Below are positions 26,388 to 36,900 of a stretch of 64,000 bases of DNA, in pieces; the stretch's first letter is position 1; every line of letters begins with the position of its first letter. The notes beneath the pieces are model-generated. The model saw only the letters and a list, made by a program, of their open reading frames with translations. It did not search any database and had not been told where the DNA came from. Both the position numbers and the translations under genes were made by a program. Source of the stretch: a bacterium (GTDB taxonomy: Bacteria > Patescibacteriota > Minisyncoccia > UBA6257 > 2-01-FULL-56-20); assembly GCA_027310625.1 (NCBI GenBank), contig DAIDAM010000002.1, positions 1,123-65,122 of the forward strand. The letters run 5' to 3'.

Positions 26388-27647
26388 ATGAATAAAAACT
26401 TGGACAAAAAAATCGTTCTGATTCTCTTGGCGGGAATTTTAATCGGCGCAATTGTTTCACCAGCTCTTCGAACGCCGCTTGCAAGGGCAAACTTTTTGGA
26501 GGACCTTTGGAAAAGCATAATTTCACCCCTGGGCGGAGTAAGTTCAACGGCGCAAAAGGCGACGGGCGGCGTGCAGCCCTACCAGCCGACGATGGATTAC
26601 GAGCGCGCCGTGATTGATGCCGTGAAAAAGACCTCGCCCGCCGTCGTTTCCATCACCATTTCAAAGTATGTACCGATACTCGAGCAGTGTCCCTACAGTC
26701 CGTTCAGCGATTTGCCGCAGGAATTCCAGCAGTTTTTCGGCGACCAGAACCAGTTCTACGCTCCTTGTAACACAGGGAAAAAAGAGCTGCAGGAAGTCGG
26801 CAGCGGAAGCGGGTTCATTATCTCTTCCAACGGACTGATTTTGACGAATAAACACGTTGTTTCCGATAAAAACGCCTCCTATACGGTTTTCACGAATGAC
26901 GGAAAGAAATATGACGCTAAAGTTCTCGCGCGCGACCCCGTCCAGGATTTGGCGGTTGTCAGAATAAACGCCGAGAACATGCCGACGATTGAGCTCGGCG
27001 ATTCCGACCAGCTTGAACTCGGACAAACCGCGATAGCCATCGGCAACGCGCTCGGCGAATTCAGAAATACGGTTTCAGTTGGAGTTATATCCGGGCTCTC
27101 AAGGACTGTTACCGCAGGCGGAGCGAACTTCGGGCAGGAAACCATCCAAGGCGTTATCCAGACCGATGCTGCCATCAATCCGGGAAATTCCGGCGGTCCG
27201 CTTTTGAATCTCCGCGGTCAGGTTATCGGCATTAACACCGCCGTGGCCTCCGGCGCGCAGGGCATCGGCTTTGCGATTCCCATAAACCGCGCCAAGCGCG
27301 ACATCGAGTCGGTGAAAACAAGCGGTGAAATCCAAGTCGCATTCCTCGGCGTCCGCTACATTGCGATTACTCCCGAACTGGCGAAGAAAGAAAAACTTTC
27401 CGTTGAATACGGCGCGCTCGTTCGCGGAAGCTCCGACGGTCCGGCTATTCAGAAAAATTCTCCCGCCGAGAAAGCGGGAATAAAAGCGGAGGACATAATC
27501 CTTGAAGTGGACGGCAAAAAAGTTACGAGCGAAAGTCCTCTCGGCGACATAATTTCGCAGAAGAACGTCGGGCAAACCGTAACAATTAAAATCCTCCGCG
27601 ACGGAAAGGAAATTACCGTTACGGCCACGCTTGAGAAACGTCAATAG
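26388..27647 (+). CDS. HtrA/DegP-family serine protease with PDZ domain
   Basis: GSGFII, LTNKHVV, DLAV, IQTDAAINPGNSGGPL, one PDZ. Confidence 0.93.
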   Translation: MNKNLDKKIVLILLAGILIGAIVSPALRTPLARANFLEDLWKSIISPLGGVSSTAQKATGGVQPYQPTMDYERAVIDAVKKTSPAVVSITISKYVPILEQCPYSPFSDLPQEFQQFFGDQNQFYAPCNTGKKELQEVGSGSGFIISSNGLILTNKHVVSDKNASYTVFTNDGKKYDAKVLARDPVQDLAVVRINAENMPTIELGDSDQLELGQTAIAIGNALGEFRNTVSVGVISGLSRTVTAGGANFGQETIQGVIQTDAAINPGNSGGPLLNLRGQVIGINTAVASGAQGIGFAIPINRAKRDIESVKTSGEIQVAFLGVRYIAITPELAKKEKLSVEYGALVRGSSDGPAIQKNSPAEKAGIKAEDIILEVDGKKVTSESPLGDIISQKNVGQTVTIKILRDGKEITVTATLEKRQ

Positions 27648-27659
27648 ATGCCGTAGAAT

Positions 27660-27758
27660 ATCGGCATAAATCAGCCCGCATCGGCATTTATCAGCGTTAA
27701 AAGTTCGGCGACATAGTTCCACGCTGATTTATGCTGATTGTTGCGGATAGATGCTGAT
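27660..27758. repeat. Inverted 4+4 array, ATCAGC...GCTGAT family
   Basis: Same unit and layout as 13379-13476. Confidence 0.8.
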
Positions 27759-27770
27759 AAATAAACTAAA

Positions 27771-30428
27771 GTGCCTAATTTCCATCGTTTCACAATCAAA
27801 GCGCAGGAAGCGTTGCAGAACGCGCAGGAGATAGCGGCGCAGAGAAGCCACGGCGAGCTTAAAGCGATTCATCTTTTGTACAGTTTGCTTGAAGACCAGC
27901 AGTCGCTCGTTCAGCCGATGCTCCTTCGCGCCGGCGTGAATCTTGAAAAACTTCACCGCGAAATTGACGCGGAAATGAATCGGCTGCCGAAACTCATCAG
28001 CGGCTCCAACGTCGGGCAACTCTATCTTTCGCAGGAGCTGATGCGGATTTTGGACCAGGCGGCGAAAATAGCGTCGCAGCAGAAAGACGAATTCATTTCC
28101 TGCGAGCATCTTTTGCTCGCGATTGTGGACGTTGATTCTCTGGCGCGGGAGATTTTGTCACGTTTCGGAGTGAAAAGAGAGCCGATGATAAGAATCCTCG
28201 CTCAGCTACGCGGCTCCGTCCGCGTGACGGACGAAACGCCGGAGAGCAAGTTTCAGGTTCTTGAAAAATACGCGATAAACATAACGGAAAAAGCGAAGGC
28301 GGGGCAGCTTGACCCGGTGATAGGACGCGAAACGGAGCTCCGACGCGTGATACAGGTTTTGAGCAGAAGAACGAAGAACAATCCGGTTTTGATAGGCGAG
28401 CCGGGCGTCGGCAAGACGGCGATTGTCGAGGGTTTGGCGCAAAAAATCGTCTCCGGCGAAGTCCCGGAAACGCTGAAGGACAAACAGATAATCATGCTTG
28501 ATTTGGGCGCGCTCATCGCCGGAACGAAATTCCGCGGGGAATTCGAAGACCGCCTGAAAGCGTTCGTGAAGGAAATAAAAAACTCTAGCGGCCAGATGAT
28601 ACTTTTCATAGACGAAATTCACACCATCGTCGGCGCGGGGGCGGCTGAAGGCGCGGTGGACGCATCCAATCTTTTGAAGCCGGCGCTTGCAAGAGGCGAG
28701 CTTCACTGCGTCGGGGCGACAACCATCCGCGAGTACCAGCGCTACATCGAAAAAGACCCGGCGCTGGAGAGAAGATTTCAGCCGATAATCGTTGAGGAGC
28801 CGAGTATCGAGGACAGCGTCGCCATTCTCCGCGGGTTGAAAGAGAAATACGAAATCCATCACGGGCTCCGCATCAGCGACGAGGCGCTTGTGGAAGCCGT
28901 TCAGCTTTCGGCGCGCTACATCACTGACAGGTTTTTGCCGGACAAAGCAGTGGATTTGATAGACGAGGCGGCTTCGGCAAGGCGGCTTGAGAGCGAGAGT
29001 TTGCCGTCGGAAATAGACCGCGTGCGCCGGGAAATTACGCGCCTTGAAGTGGAACGCCAGGCGCTTTCAAAAGAAAAAGGGAATAAAAGTTCTGCGAGGA
29101 TAAAAGAAATTGACGCGGAGCTCAAAAAATACAAGGAAGAAAACGATGAACTTTCGTCAAAGTGGCATGCGGAAAAAATAAAATTTGAAACACTTCACCA
29201 ACTGCGGAGGAAGATTGAAAACCTCAAGCACGAAGCGGAAGCGGCCGAGAGAGAAGGAAACCTTGAACGCCTCGCGCAAATAACCTACGGCGAACTTCCG
29301 CAGTCGCAGAAGGATTTTGAAATTTTTGAAAGGAAGAATTTCTCCGTCGGTAAAAAAGTGCGGAAGGGCGCGAAAAAATCCGACGAAGAGAGAATGTTTC
29401 TTAAAGAAGCCGTTGATAAAGAAGACGTGGCGGCAGTCGTTTCGGCGTGGACGGGAGTACCGCTCCACCGCATGCTTGAAACGGAGGCGGAAAAGCTCGT
29501 GAAAATAGAAGACGAATTGCACGGGCGCGTTATCGGACAGGACGAAGCGATTAAAGCCGTTGCGAGGGCTCTCCGCCGTGCGCGCGCGGGACTCGCGGAC
29601 GTTAATCGTCCTCTTGGTTCGTTTATGTTTCTCGGGCCGACGGGCGTCGGAAAAACGGAGCTGGCGCGGGCGCTCGCCGAGTTCATGTTCAACGACGAAA
29701 AAGCGCTCGTGAGAATTGACATGTCGGAGTACATGGAAAGGCACTCGGTCAGCCGGCTCATCGGTTCGCCGCCGGGATACGTCGGTCACGAAGAAGGGGG
29801 ACAGCTTACGGAAACGTTGCGCCATCGCCCTTATAGCCTGATTCTTTTTGACGAAATAGAAAAAGCGCATCCCGAGGTTTTTAATCTCCTTCTTCAGGTG
29901 TTGGACAACGGACGTTTGACGGACAGCAAGGGCAAGACGGTCAATTTCAAAAATTCCATCATCATTATGACCTCCAACGTCGGCAGCCAGTATTTGAGGG
30001 CGATGTCCGGGCTCGGCTTCACGGCTTCGGATTCCCGGGAACTTAAAGACGAAGAGGAAAACTATCGCGACAAGATAAAAAATTCCCTTCGCGAAAGCTT
30101 CAGGCCGGAGTTTTTAAACCGCATAGACGAGATAATAATTTTCAATCCTCTCCGCCCCGATGACATAGAAAAAATAGTTGATTTGCACCTCGCGCAAATT
30201 GAAAAGAAACTCGGCGAAAGGAAGATAAAAATGACGGTTGAGGCGGCGGCAAGGAAATATCTTGCAAAGGAAGGGTTTGACCCGGAATTCGGCGCGCGCC
30301 CGCTTAAGAGATTGGTGCAAAAAATGATTTTGGACACGCTCGCCGATAAAATAATCCGCGGAGAGCTGAAAGACGGCGGGGAAGTGAAAGTGAATTTCAA
30401 ATCGGATTCGCTGGTGTTCACCCCGTAG
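27771..30428 (+). CDS. clpB: ATP-dependent chaperone ClpB
   Basis: Clp N domain, GEPGVGKT, long coiled-coil middle domain, [24 protein letters not shown]. Confidence 0.93.
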   Translation: MPNFHRFTIKAQEALQNAQEIAAQRSHGELKAIHLLYSLLEDQQSLVQPMLLRAGVNLEKLHREIDAEMNRLPKLISGSNVGQLYLSQELMRILDQAAKIASQQKDEFISCEHLLLAIVDVDSLAREILSRFGVKREPMIRILAQLRGSVRVTDETPESKFQVLEKYAINITEKAKAGQLDPVIGRETELRRVIQVLSRRTKNNPVLIGEPGVGKTAIVEGLAQKIVSGEVPETLKDKQIIMLDLGALIAGTKFRGEFEDRLKAFVKEIKNSSGQMILFIDEIHTIVGAGAAEGAVDASNLLKPALARGELHCVGATTIREYQRYIEKDPALERRFQPIIVEEPSIEDSVAILRGLKEKYEIHHGLRISDEALVEAVQLSARYITDRFLPDKAVDLIDEAASARRLESESLPSEIDRVRREITRLEVERQALSKEKGNKSSARIKEIDAELKKYKEENDELSSKWHAEKIKFETLHQLRRKIENLKHEAEAAEREGNLERLAQITYGELPQSQKDFEIFERKNFSVGKKVRKGAKKSDEERMFLKEAVDKEDVAAVVSAWTGVPLHRMLETEAEKLVKIEDELHGRVIGQDEAIKAVARALRRARAGLADVNRPLGSFMFLGPTGVGKTELARALAEFMFNDEKALVRIDMSEYMERHSVSRLIGSPPGYVGHEEGGQLTETLRHRPYSLILFDEIEKAHPEVFNLLLQVLDNGRLTDSKGKTVNFKNSIIIMTSNVGSQYLRAMSGLGFTASDSRELKDEEENYRDKIKNSLRESFRPEFLNRIDEIIIFNPLRPDDIEKIVDLHLAQIEKKLGERKIKMTVEAAARKYLAKEGFDPEFGARPLKRLVQKMILDTLADKIIRGELKDGGEVKVNFKSDSLVFTP

Positions 30429-30476
30429 TAGAAATGCGACTGTGTCTAAATTAACCTCCGTTGCAGCTTACTCACG

Positions 30477-31187
30477 ATGATGAATTTTGTGCAAAGGGTA
30501 TTATCGCGCGCATTTTCATTGCGGGGTTTACTCCTCAAGTCCGCGGCGCTCGGGTTGATCTGGTTTTTCCTGCCGTTTTGGCTATTTTTTGTCTTTGCTG
30601 TCTATTTTTACTTTGTTCCCCCTTTCCAGCCGTTCAAAATTTTTTTCCCGTTTCTTCTGACGATTGCATTTTCTTTTTTTCTTCAACAAAATCTTTTGTC
30701 GGTGTTTCTCGTCGGAGTTCTTTTTTTCCTTGTGCTCGGAATTAAAAATCTCATTCTGGTCCACCGCTTTCAGAGCCACCAGTTGATGGCGTTTCTTCTT
30801 CTCTTTTTGGGATATTTTTATTTTTTTTCAGTTTTCGGCAATTGGGGGAGACCGATTTCTTCGTTTGCTTTGTTTGCAGTCGGCTTTTCTTTTTTCTTTC
30901 TTTTCTACGAGCTTTCCGCGTACACCAGCGAGAAAAAGAGAGAAAAGAAAATTGCTATTTCAGCCATCGGCGCATTTCTTGTTTTTCAGGCGGCGGCCGC
31001 AATTCTTTTCCTGCCCATGAATCGCTTCTACCAGACGGCCGTTTTGTTTCTTTCGTCGGTCATAATTGCGGATATTTTCCTGGAGTATCTGAATAACGGT
31101 CTTTCCCGGAAGAAAATATTGCAGGATTTCTCGGTTTTTTTCGTTGTGGCCACGCTGCTTCTTGCCGCCGCAAATTGGGAACTTTAA
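30477..31187 (+). CDS. Multi-pass membrane hypothetical protein
   Basis: 236 aa, highly hydrophobic. Confidence 0.7.
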   Translation: MMNFVQRVLSRAFSLRGLLLKSAALGLIWFFLPFWLFFVFAVYFYFVPPFQPFKIFFPFLLTIAFSFFLQQNLLSVFLVGVLFFLVLGIKNLILVHRFQSHQLMAFLLLFLGYFYFFSVFGNWGRPISSFALFAVGFSFFFLFYELSAYTSEKKREKKIAISAIGAFLVFQAAAAILFLPMNRFYQTAVLFLSSVIIADIFLEYLNNGLSRKKILQDFSVFFVVATLLLAAANWEL

Positions 31188-31192
31188 GAATG

Positions 31193-31351
31193 AAAGCATG
31201 CAGTGCCTCTCGCAACACGCTTCGCTCGTCCTGCGACTCCTTGCTTGCCCCCCGCCCGCGTCGATGCTTCGGCGGGCAGGTCGCCGATTGGTCACCTTAG
31301 GCGACACCATGCCAATCGGTTGCGGAGGTTGCTTCGGACACTGCATGCTTT
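31193..31351. repeat. Structured intergenic element with 13-bp terminal IR, related to 40312-40440
   Basis: aaagcatgcagtg / cactgcatgcttt; shared motifs AACACGCT, CGCTCGTCC, GACACCATGCC, GCGGAGGTT. Confidence 0.55.
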
Positions 31352-31407
31352 GATAGATTTATGGGTTTCGGTATAATTCAGCGAATCGAGTTTAGAGTGT
31401 TCAAAAT

Positions 31408-32229
31408 ATGAAGAAGGTAACAAAACTGGTTCTGCCGGTTGCGGGATTCGGAAAAAGGTTGATGCCCCTGACAAAAAAGACCCCCAAGAACCTTTTGAGA
31501 GTCAACGGGAAACCGCTTGTGGAATATGTTTTTGAAGAAGCAGTCGGCTCGGGAATAAAGGACATAATTTTGATAGTGAATCCCAGCCACAGGGACGATT
31601 TCAAATCCTATTTGGAATCCGCGGGGGAGAAATTCCCCTTTTTCCGTTTTCACACAAGGGTTCAGGAGACCCCGGCGGGAAACGGCCATGCGCTTATTTC
31701 CGCAAAAGACATTTTGAAGGAAGAGCCGTTCGCCGTGAGATTCTGCGACGACATCGTCGTTTCCGATTCCCCGATAATTCCCTCAATGCTCAAGATTTTT
31801 GGAAAACACAAATCTTCCGTTGTGCTTCTTGAACGCATTCCTAAAACGCACGTCGGCCGTTTCGGGGTTGTGAGCGCGAAAAATTCCGAGTCAATAAGCG
31901 GCATAAAAGGAAAGATTTACGAAATTGACGGGGTCGTTGAAAAACCGAAGCCGAAATATGCCCCCTCCAATTTAATCGTCGTCGGCGGATACATTCTCAC
32001 GCCGACCGTTCTCCGCAATCTCATTAAGGTATCGGAATCCCTTCCGCATGCGGCAGCCGACGCCATTCCGATAAACGTCGGGCTCCAGATAGAATTGATT
32101 ACGGGGAAAAAGATTTACGGATGGGAGTTTGTCGGAAAACGTCTTGATTGCGGAACTCTGGAAAAATTCCACAAAGCGCAGGAGGCGTTGAGAAAGCTCG
32201 CCAAGCGGGATATGTTGCCTCCACACTAA
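31408..32229 (+). CDS. UTP-glucose-1-phosphate uridylyltransferase-like nucleotidyltransferase
   Basis: LPVAGFGKRLMPLTKKTPK, GNGHA, VEKP, RLDCG. Confidence 0.85.
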   Translation: MKKVTKLVLPVAGFGKRLMPLTKKTPKNLLRVNGKPLVEYVFEEAVGSGIKDIILIVNPSHRDDFKSYLESAGEKFPFFRFHTRVQETPAGNGHALISAKDILKEEPFAVRFCDDIVVSDSPIIPSMLKIFGKHKSSVVLLERIPKTHVGRFGVVSAKNSESISGIKGKIYEIDGVVEKPKPKYAPSNLIVVGGYILTPTVLRNLIKVSESLPHAAADAIPINVGLQIELITGKKIYGWEFVGKRLDCGTLEKFHKAQEALRKLAKRDMLPPH

Positions 32230-32282
32230 ACGGCAAGCGCGCGGAGCACAAAAAATAAATACATTGCCGTTTGGTGTGGGGG
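32218..32282. mobile_element. MITE-like element X relative
   Basis: IR cctccacactaaacggcaa / ttgccgtttggtgtggggg directly before TTGACA; supplies the stop codon of the upstream gene. Confidence 0.6.
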
Positions 32283-32321
32283 TTGACACCCCTTTTTTTG
32301 CCGTTAGAATTTCCGATTATG

Positions 32322-32632
32322 CCCCGTAAGAAATAGTTATGTTTTATGTCTATATTTTACAAAGTGAAAAAGACGGCAAACTATATGCAGGGTTCACATC
32401 CGACCTCAGAAAAAGATTACTAAAACATAACTCCGGCAAAGTATTTTCAACGAAGTCGCGCAGGCCACTCAAATTAATTTACTGTGAAGTATGCACCAAT
32501 GAGCAAGATGCAAAACAACGAGAAAAATATTTTAAGGCGGGGGCTGGCAAGAAATTCATCAAAAACAGACTGAGAAATTATTTTCAAGGCCATATTATGA
32601 CATCAACAAAAATATTTTAGTTTCTTACGGGG
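32322..32632. mobile_element. Element Y carrying a GIY-YIG nuclease gene
   Basis: TIR ccccgtaagaaa / tttcttacgggg with TATG on both sides. Confidence 0.75.
32339..32620 (+). CDS. GIY-YIG nuclease (small, UPF0213-like)
   Basis: FYVYILQS...LYAGFTSDLRKRLLKHN...TKSRRPLKLIYCE...AKQREKYFK. Confidence 0.9.
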   Translation: MFYVYILQSEKDGKLYAGFTSDLRKRLLKHNSGKVFSTKSRRPLKLIYCEVCTNEQDAKQREKYFKAGAGKKFIKNRLRNYFQGHIMTSTKIF

Positions 32633-32636
32633 TATG

Positions 32637-32767
32637 CCCCGTAAGAAATGGCGAGAAAATGAAAAATATTTTTGAGCAAAGATTAAGGAATATCAAATAT
32701 GAAATCGATAACTGAATATTGTAAGGTCGGGCTGATGTCAACAAAAATATTTTAGTTTCTTACGGGG
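32637..32767. mobile_element. Element Y, empty form, in tandem with the GIY-YIG copy
   Basis: Same TIRs, flanked by TATG; the right-hand ATG is the start of the next gene. Confidence 0.75.
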
Positions 32768-32768
32768 T

Positions 32769-33509
32769 ATGCCAAAAACCATTCAGGAGGAATTCCTTTA
32801 TAAGAAGGTTTATGAATTCAGCTACGCCACTTTGAGAATATCCTCATCGGCAAAGAACAGGGAAGTTGCCGAAATTCTCGAAGGCAGGGCATTTTCGCTG
32901 CTCAATTCCGTTTTGACTGCCGATTACAGTAAAACGAGCGACACAGTTAATTCCATAATCAGTATTTCGGGCTTGTTGGTTGACGGCGGATTTCTTCATC
33001 CTGCAAACAAAGAAATACTTCAGAGGGAATCGGAAAGCATCCATCTCGCGATAAAAGCTTTGCCGAAGAAAAAAGAAGTTCTCCAAGATCTTGGTCTCGG
33101 AAAAATATTTTCAAAATCGCCATTGCCGAAACGGCAAATTGTCGATAAACCCGTGAAGCAGGTCCAATCGGCAATGGGCAATGGCGAATCGGAAATTTCC
33201 GATAAAACCGTTGCCGATAAAATTTCCGATGGAATTTCCGATAAAAACTCTTTTAAATACGAATCGGAAAAACGGCAATCGGCAATAATCGGCAAATTGC
33301 GACAAGTTGAGAATTGCCGATTAAATGATCTACAAGCACTTTTCCCGAACATAAGCGACAGGACGCTTCGTTACGATATAGAATCGCTTATCTTAAAAGG
33401 CGTGGTTGAGAGGGTGGGAAGCAGGAGAAACAGCGTTTACCGGCTTAAAAACACTTTCGGAACGGCCATAGAACTGCCGGCTTCTTCCTCGCCGGTCCGG
33501 ACGGCGTAA
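32769..33509 (+). CDS. Protein with C-terminal DeoR-like winged HTH
   Basis: RQSAIIGKL...LQALFPNISDRTLRYDIESLILKGVVERVG. Confidence 0.7.
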   Translation: MPKTIQEEFLYKKVYEFSYATLRISSSAKNREVAEILEGRAFSLLNSVLTADYSKTSDTVNSIISISGLLVDGGFLHPANKEILQRESESIHLAIKALPKKKEVLQDLGLGKIFSKSPLPKRQIVDKPVKQVQSAMGNGESEISDKTVADKISDGISDKNSFKYESEKRQSAIIGKLRQVENCRLNDLQALFPNISDRTLRYDIESLILKGVVERVGSRRNSVYRLKNTFGTAIELPASSSPVRTA

Positions 33510-33565
33510 AAGTAACCATTTTTCGGCTTTCATCGTTGTAATATCAGCAAAAGCGGAAAAGCCAG

Positions 33566-33574
33566 TTATCCACA
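33566..33574 (+). promoter_or_regulatory. DnaA-box consensus upstream of the S-layer-like gene
   Basis: TTATCCACA exact match; single copy. Confidence 0.35.
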
Positions 33575-33968
33575 ACTTGCTTTAGTGCTTTTGTTGTATA
33601 GTATAGGACACGGAAATTGGTTCGGAGTCCCGCTAAGCGGGACAAGTGAGGTCGAACTAATAGCCAATAGCAAATTGCTGTAAGCGATTCGCTGTTTGCT
33701 GTTTATGGCCTCGCTCGATAGCGAGTTTTTTCTTTTTTTAGACACCAGACCGTGCGCTTTCGTAACCTTCGCCAGAGAATCCTCACTTTTCTTGCGACGG
33801 TCGAAATGAAGGCGAAGCGGTTTCAGAAAAAATAATTTTCGAAGAAAGGTCGACGTGTCCGCCTAAGGCGGGCTCGATAAACCAAAATTAGAAAACAAAA
33901 ATAGTATTCGGATGTGCGCATTTGTAGTGCGCTATTCGGATACAAAAAGTCGAAAAACAAACTACCAA

Positions 33969-36900
33969 ATGAGTACTAGCAAAAAAATAGTATCAGCTGC
34001 GCTTACCGTCGCCACAGGAGTGTGGATGTCGGGGGCGCTTTTTTCGGTTGCAAATGCTCAATCGGTAACTGACCTACAAGCACAGATAGCAAGCTTGCTC
34101 GCCCAAATACAGCAGCTCCAGGCGCAACTTAGCTCTGCGCAAGGAGGCACTTCCGTCGCAGCCCCGAGCTTTACCCGCAACCTCACTGTGGGAAGCACCG
34201 GCAATGACGTGAAGTCCCTTCAGCAGTGGCTGAACGCCCAGGGCTACAAAATTGCAGCAAGCGGTACCGGTTCTCCGGGAAATGAAACCACTTACTTCGG
34301 TCAGCTTACGAAAGCAGCCGTCGCCAAATGGCAGGCAGCTGTGGGCATTTCGCCAGCCGCGGGCTACTTCGGCCCCGTATCAAGGGCAAAAGTTGCCTCA
34401 ATGGCTGGAGGAACAACTGGCGGAACCACAGGAGGAACGACACAGCTTCCCCCTCCAGTTTCCGGTCTTAATGTTTCTCTTTCGCCAAGCAATCCTGCGC
34501 CGGGTTCGTTGATTTCCGGCTCAGCGAGAAATTCCGTTCTGACGGTTTCGCTTACGGCGGGAACGGCAAGCGGAGTTACAGTCAACACGCTTAAGTTCAC
34601 GAAAGTCGGCGTCATTTCCGACTCCAACATAGCGGGCGCATACCTCGTCCGGAACGGGAATGTCGTCGCCCAGTACCAGTCGCTCTCTAACGGAGTGATT
34701 ACGTTCGCGGGTATGAACTTGAACGTCGCCGCGGGACAGACGGTTGAACTTTGGCTCCAGATCGACGTTGCTAAGGGAGTTAAGGCGGGAAACACCGCTG
34801 CCTTCAAGCTTGCTTCCGCGAGCGATGTGGACTCAATAGACGCTTCCGGAAACTCAGTTAACGAGGGAGGAGCATTTCCGCTTACAGGCAACATGTTCAC
34901 GATGACGGAGGTTTCAACCCCGAGTCTCGCGAGCATTGCTGTCGCTTCGTCTTCAGTCGGAACACAGGTAACCGCGGGCACCCAGAATAACCTTGTGGGA
35001 GCGTTCAAGTTCACCGGTTCCGACAACAAGACCTGGCTTAAGGGAGTCAAATTCACGGTCACCGGTTCGGCGAACAAGTCGGACATCAGGAACGTCAAGC
35101 TTGTTGTCAACGGCACGCAGGCGGGTGCAACACTCGCTTCAGTCGCGAACGACGGCTCGGCTTACTTTGATTTGTCCTCTTCGCCGGCGGCAATCAACAC
35201 CGGCGCGAACAACATCCAGGTTTTCGCCGACATTATGGGCTCGCCTTCGTTTGACTTCAAATTCCAAGTTCTGAACGCCTACGATGTCTATGCTCTTGAC
35301 TCGCAGTACAACGTTCCGGTTACCGCCGGTTCGGCAAGCGACGCGTCGGTAACAATCGACAAAGGCAGTATCACGGTCACTCAGGACACTACCACGCCCA
35401 CTGGCAATATCACCAAGGGGCAGAGCAATGTGACGCTTGCTAAATTCGACATCTATGCCGCGGGCGAGGCGGTCAAGGTGAAGTGGGTTGACTTCCAGCT
35501 CGATTTCGCCGGTCTCACCAACGGCACGTTTGACGACGTCATCAAGAACGTCAGTCTTACAGACGACGCGGGCGGACAGGTGGGTTCAACGCTCACTTCC
35601 ATCAACACAAAGGCCACCTGTGAGGAAGTAGGCACAGTAGCTTCAACTTCTGTGCAAACCTGCTTCGGCAACTCCAGCTCGCCGATCAACTACACTGTGC
35701 CGGCGAACACGACGAGAGTGTTGTCCCTCAAGGGCGACATCCAGTCCAATGCCTTCTTCAGTACTATAACGGCGAGCTTGCGCCGTTCCACGAAGGGCAA
35801 CCTTCAGGGATTGACTTCCAGTCAGACCGCGGACAGCGGTTCGGTGGGGGGCGCGTCCCTGACATTTTCTCAGAGCGCGCTTACGACGGCGGCTAACACC
35901 GCTTTCGGAACGCCGACTTACGCCGCGAACTCCACGAACAAGAAAGTGGGTTCCTACTCGCTTACGGCATCTTCCGCTGAGGGAGTATCGGTTTCCAACC
36001 TGACGGTCAAGACATTCAGCACTTCAACCACCCCATATCCGCTGCAAAACTTGAAAGTTATGATTGGAAGCACACAGTTCGGCAGCACGAAAGCAAGTCT
36101 ATCATCGAATAGCGCTTATGCTTTCTCCGGAACTCCATTCACGGTCCCGGCGGGAAGCACGGTCTACATTGACGTTTACGCCGACCTTCTCTCCAGCGCT
36201 GCAGGAACTCTGACGACGGCGACTCGGCTCGACAGTTGCAGCGGTTCGGGACTTTTGTCCTACAGTGCAGTGACTTGTGATGGACGCGACGGCAGTAGCG
36301 TTAAGATTGCCGGTCAGCCAGGCCTGACGATTTCGGCCGACTCATCCAACCCGGCTTCCAACCAGCTGGTTATGGGTTCGACTGGAAACGCCCTGGCCGC
36401 GTTCCTCTTCACCGAGACCTCGAACGCCGACAGCGTCAAGGTGACCCAGCTTAACATCATTGACTCTGTAACGGCGACGTCGTCGGTTCTCGGCAGCTTC
36501 CAGAACCTCTGCTTATACCAGGGGACAACCAACCTCGGTTGCTCGGGTTCTGCGCAGTCGAACGTTGCTTCGACAAGCTACCTCTACGCCTTCAACTTCT
36601 CGAGTCCGATTGTCGTTCCGCAGGCGGGCTCCGTTGTTCTCACGCTTAAAGGCGATGTAGCGTCGTTCATCTCGAGCGGCGCCACGGACAACGCACCTCA
36701 CGGCTTCAAGTTCGAGATCTCGAACGAGACGAACAACAACACGGTGGCGAAGATGATAACCGCCATCGGTCTCACTTCCAACGCCACGGCGACGATTACG
36801 ACGTCTTCGGCGGTTGGAAACACGATGACGGTTCTTCGCACGAAGCTGACGGTTTCGGGCGCAACGCTTGGGGGCTCGGCGCACGCGAAATCCGCGATTG

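Noticed and set aside
33566-33574. Replication origin at the DnaA box
   Set aside because: Only one perfect box, with no box cluster, unwinding element or dnaA/dnaN nearby.
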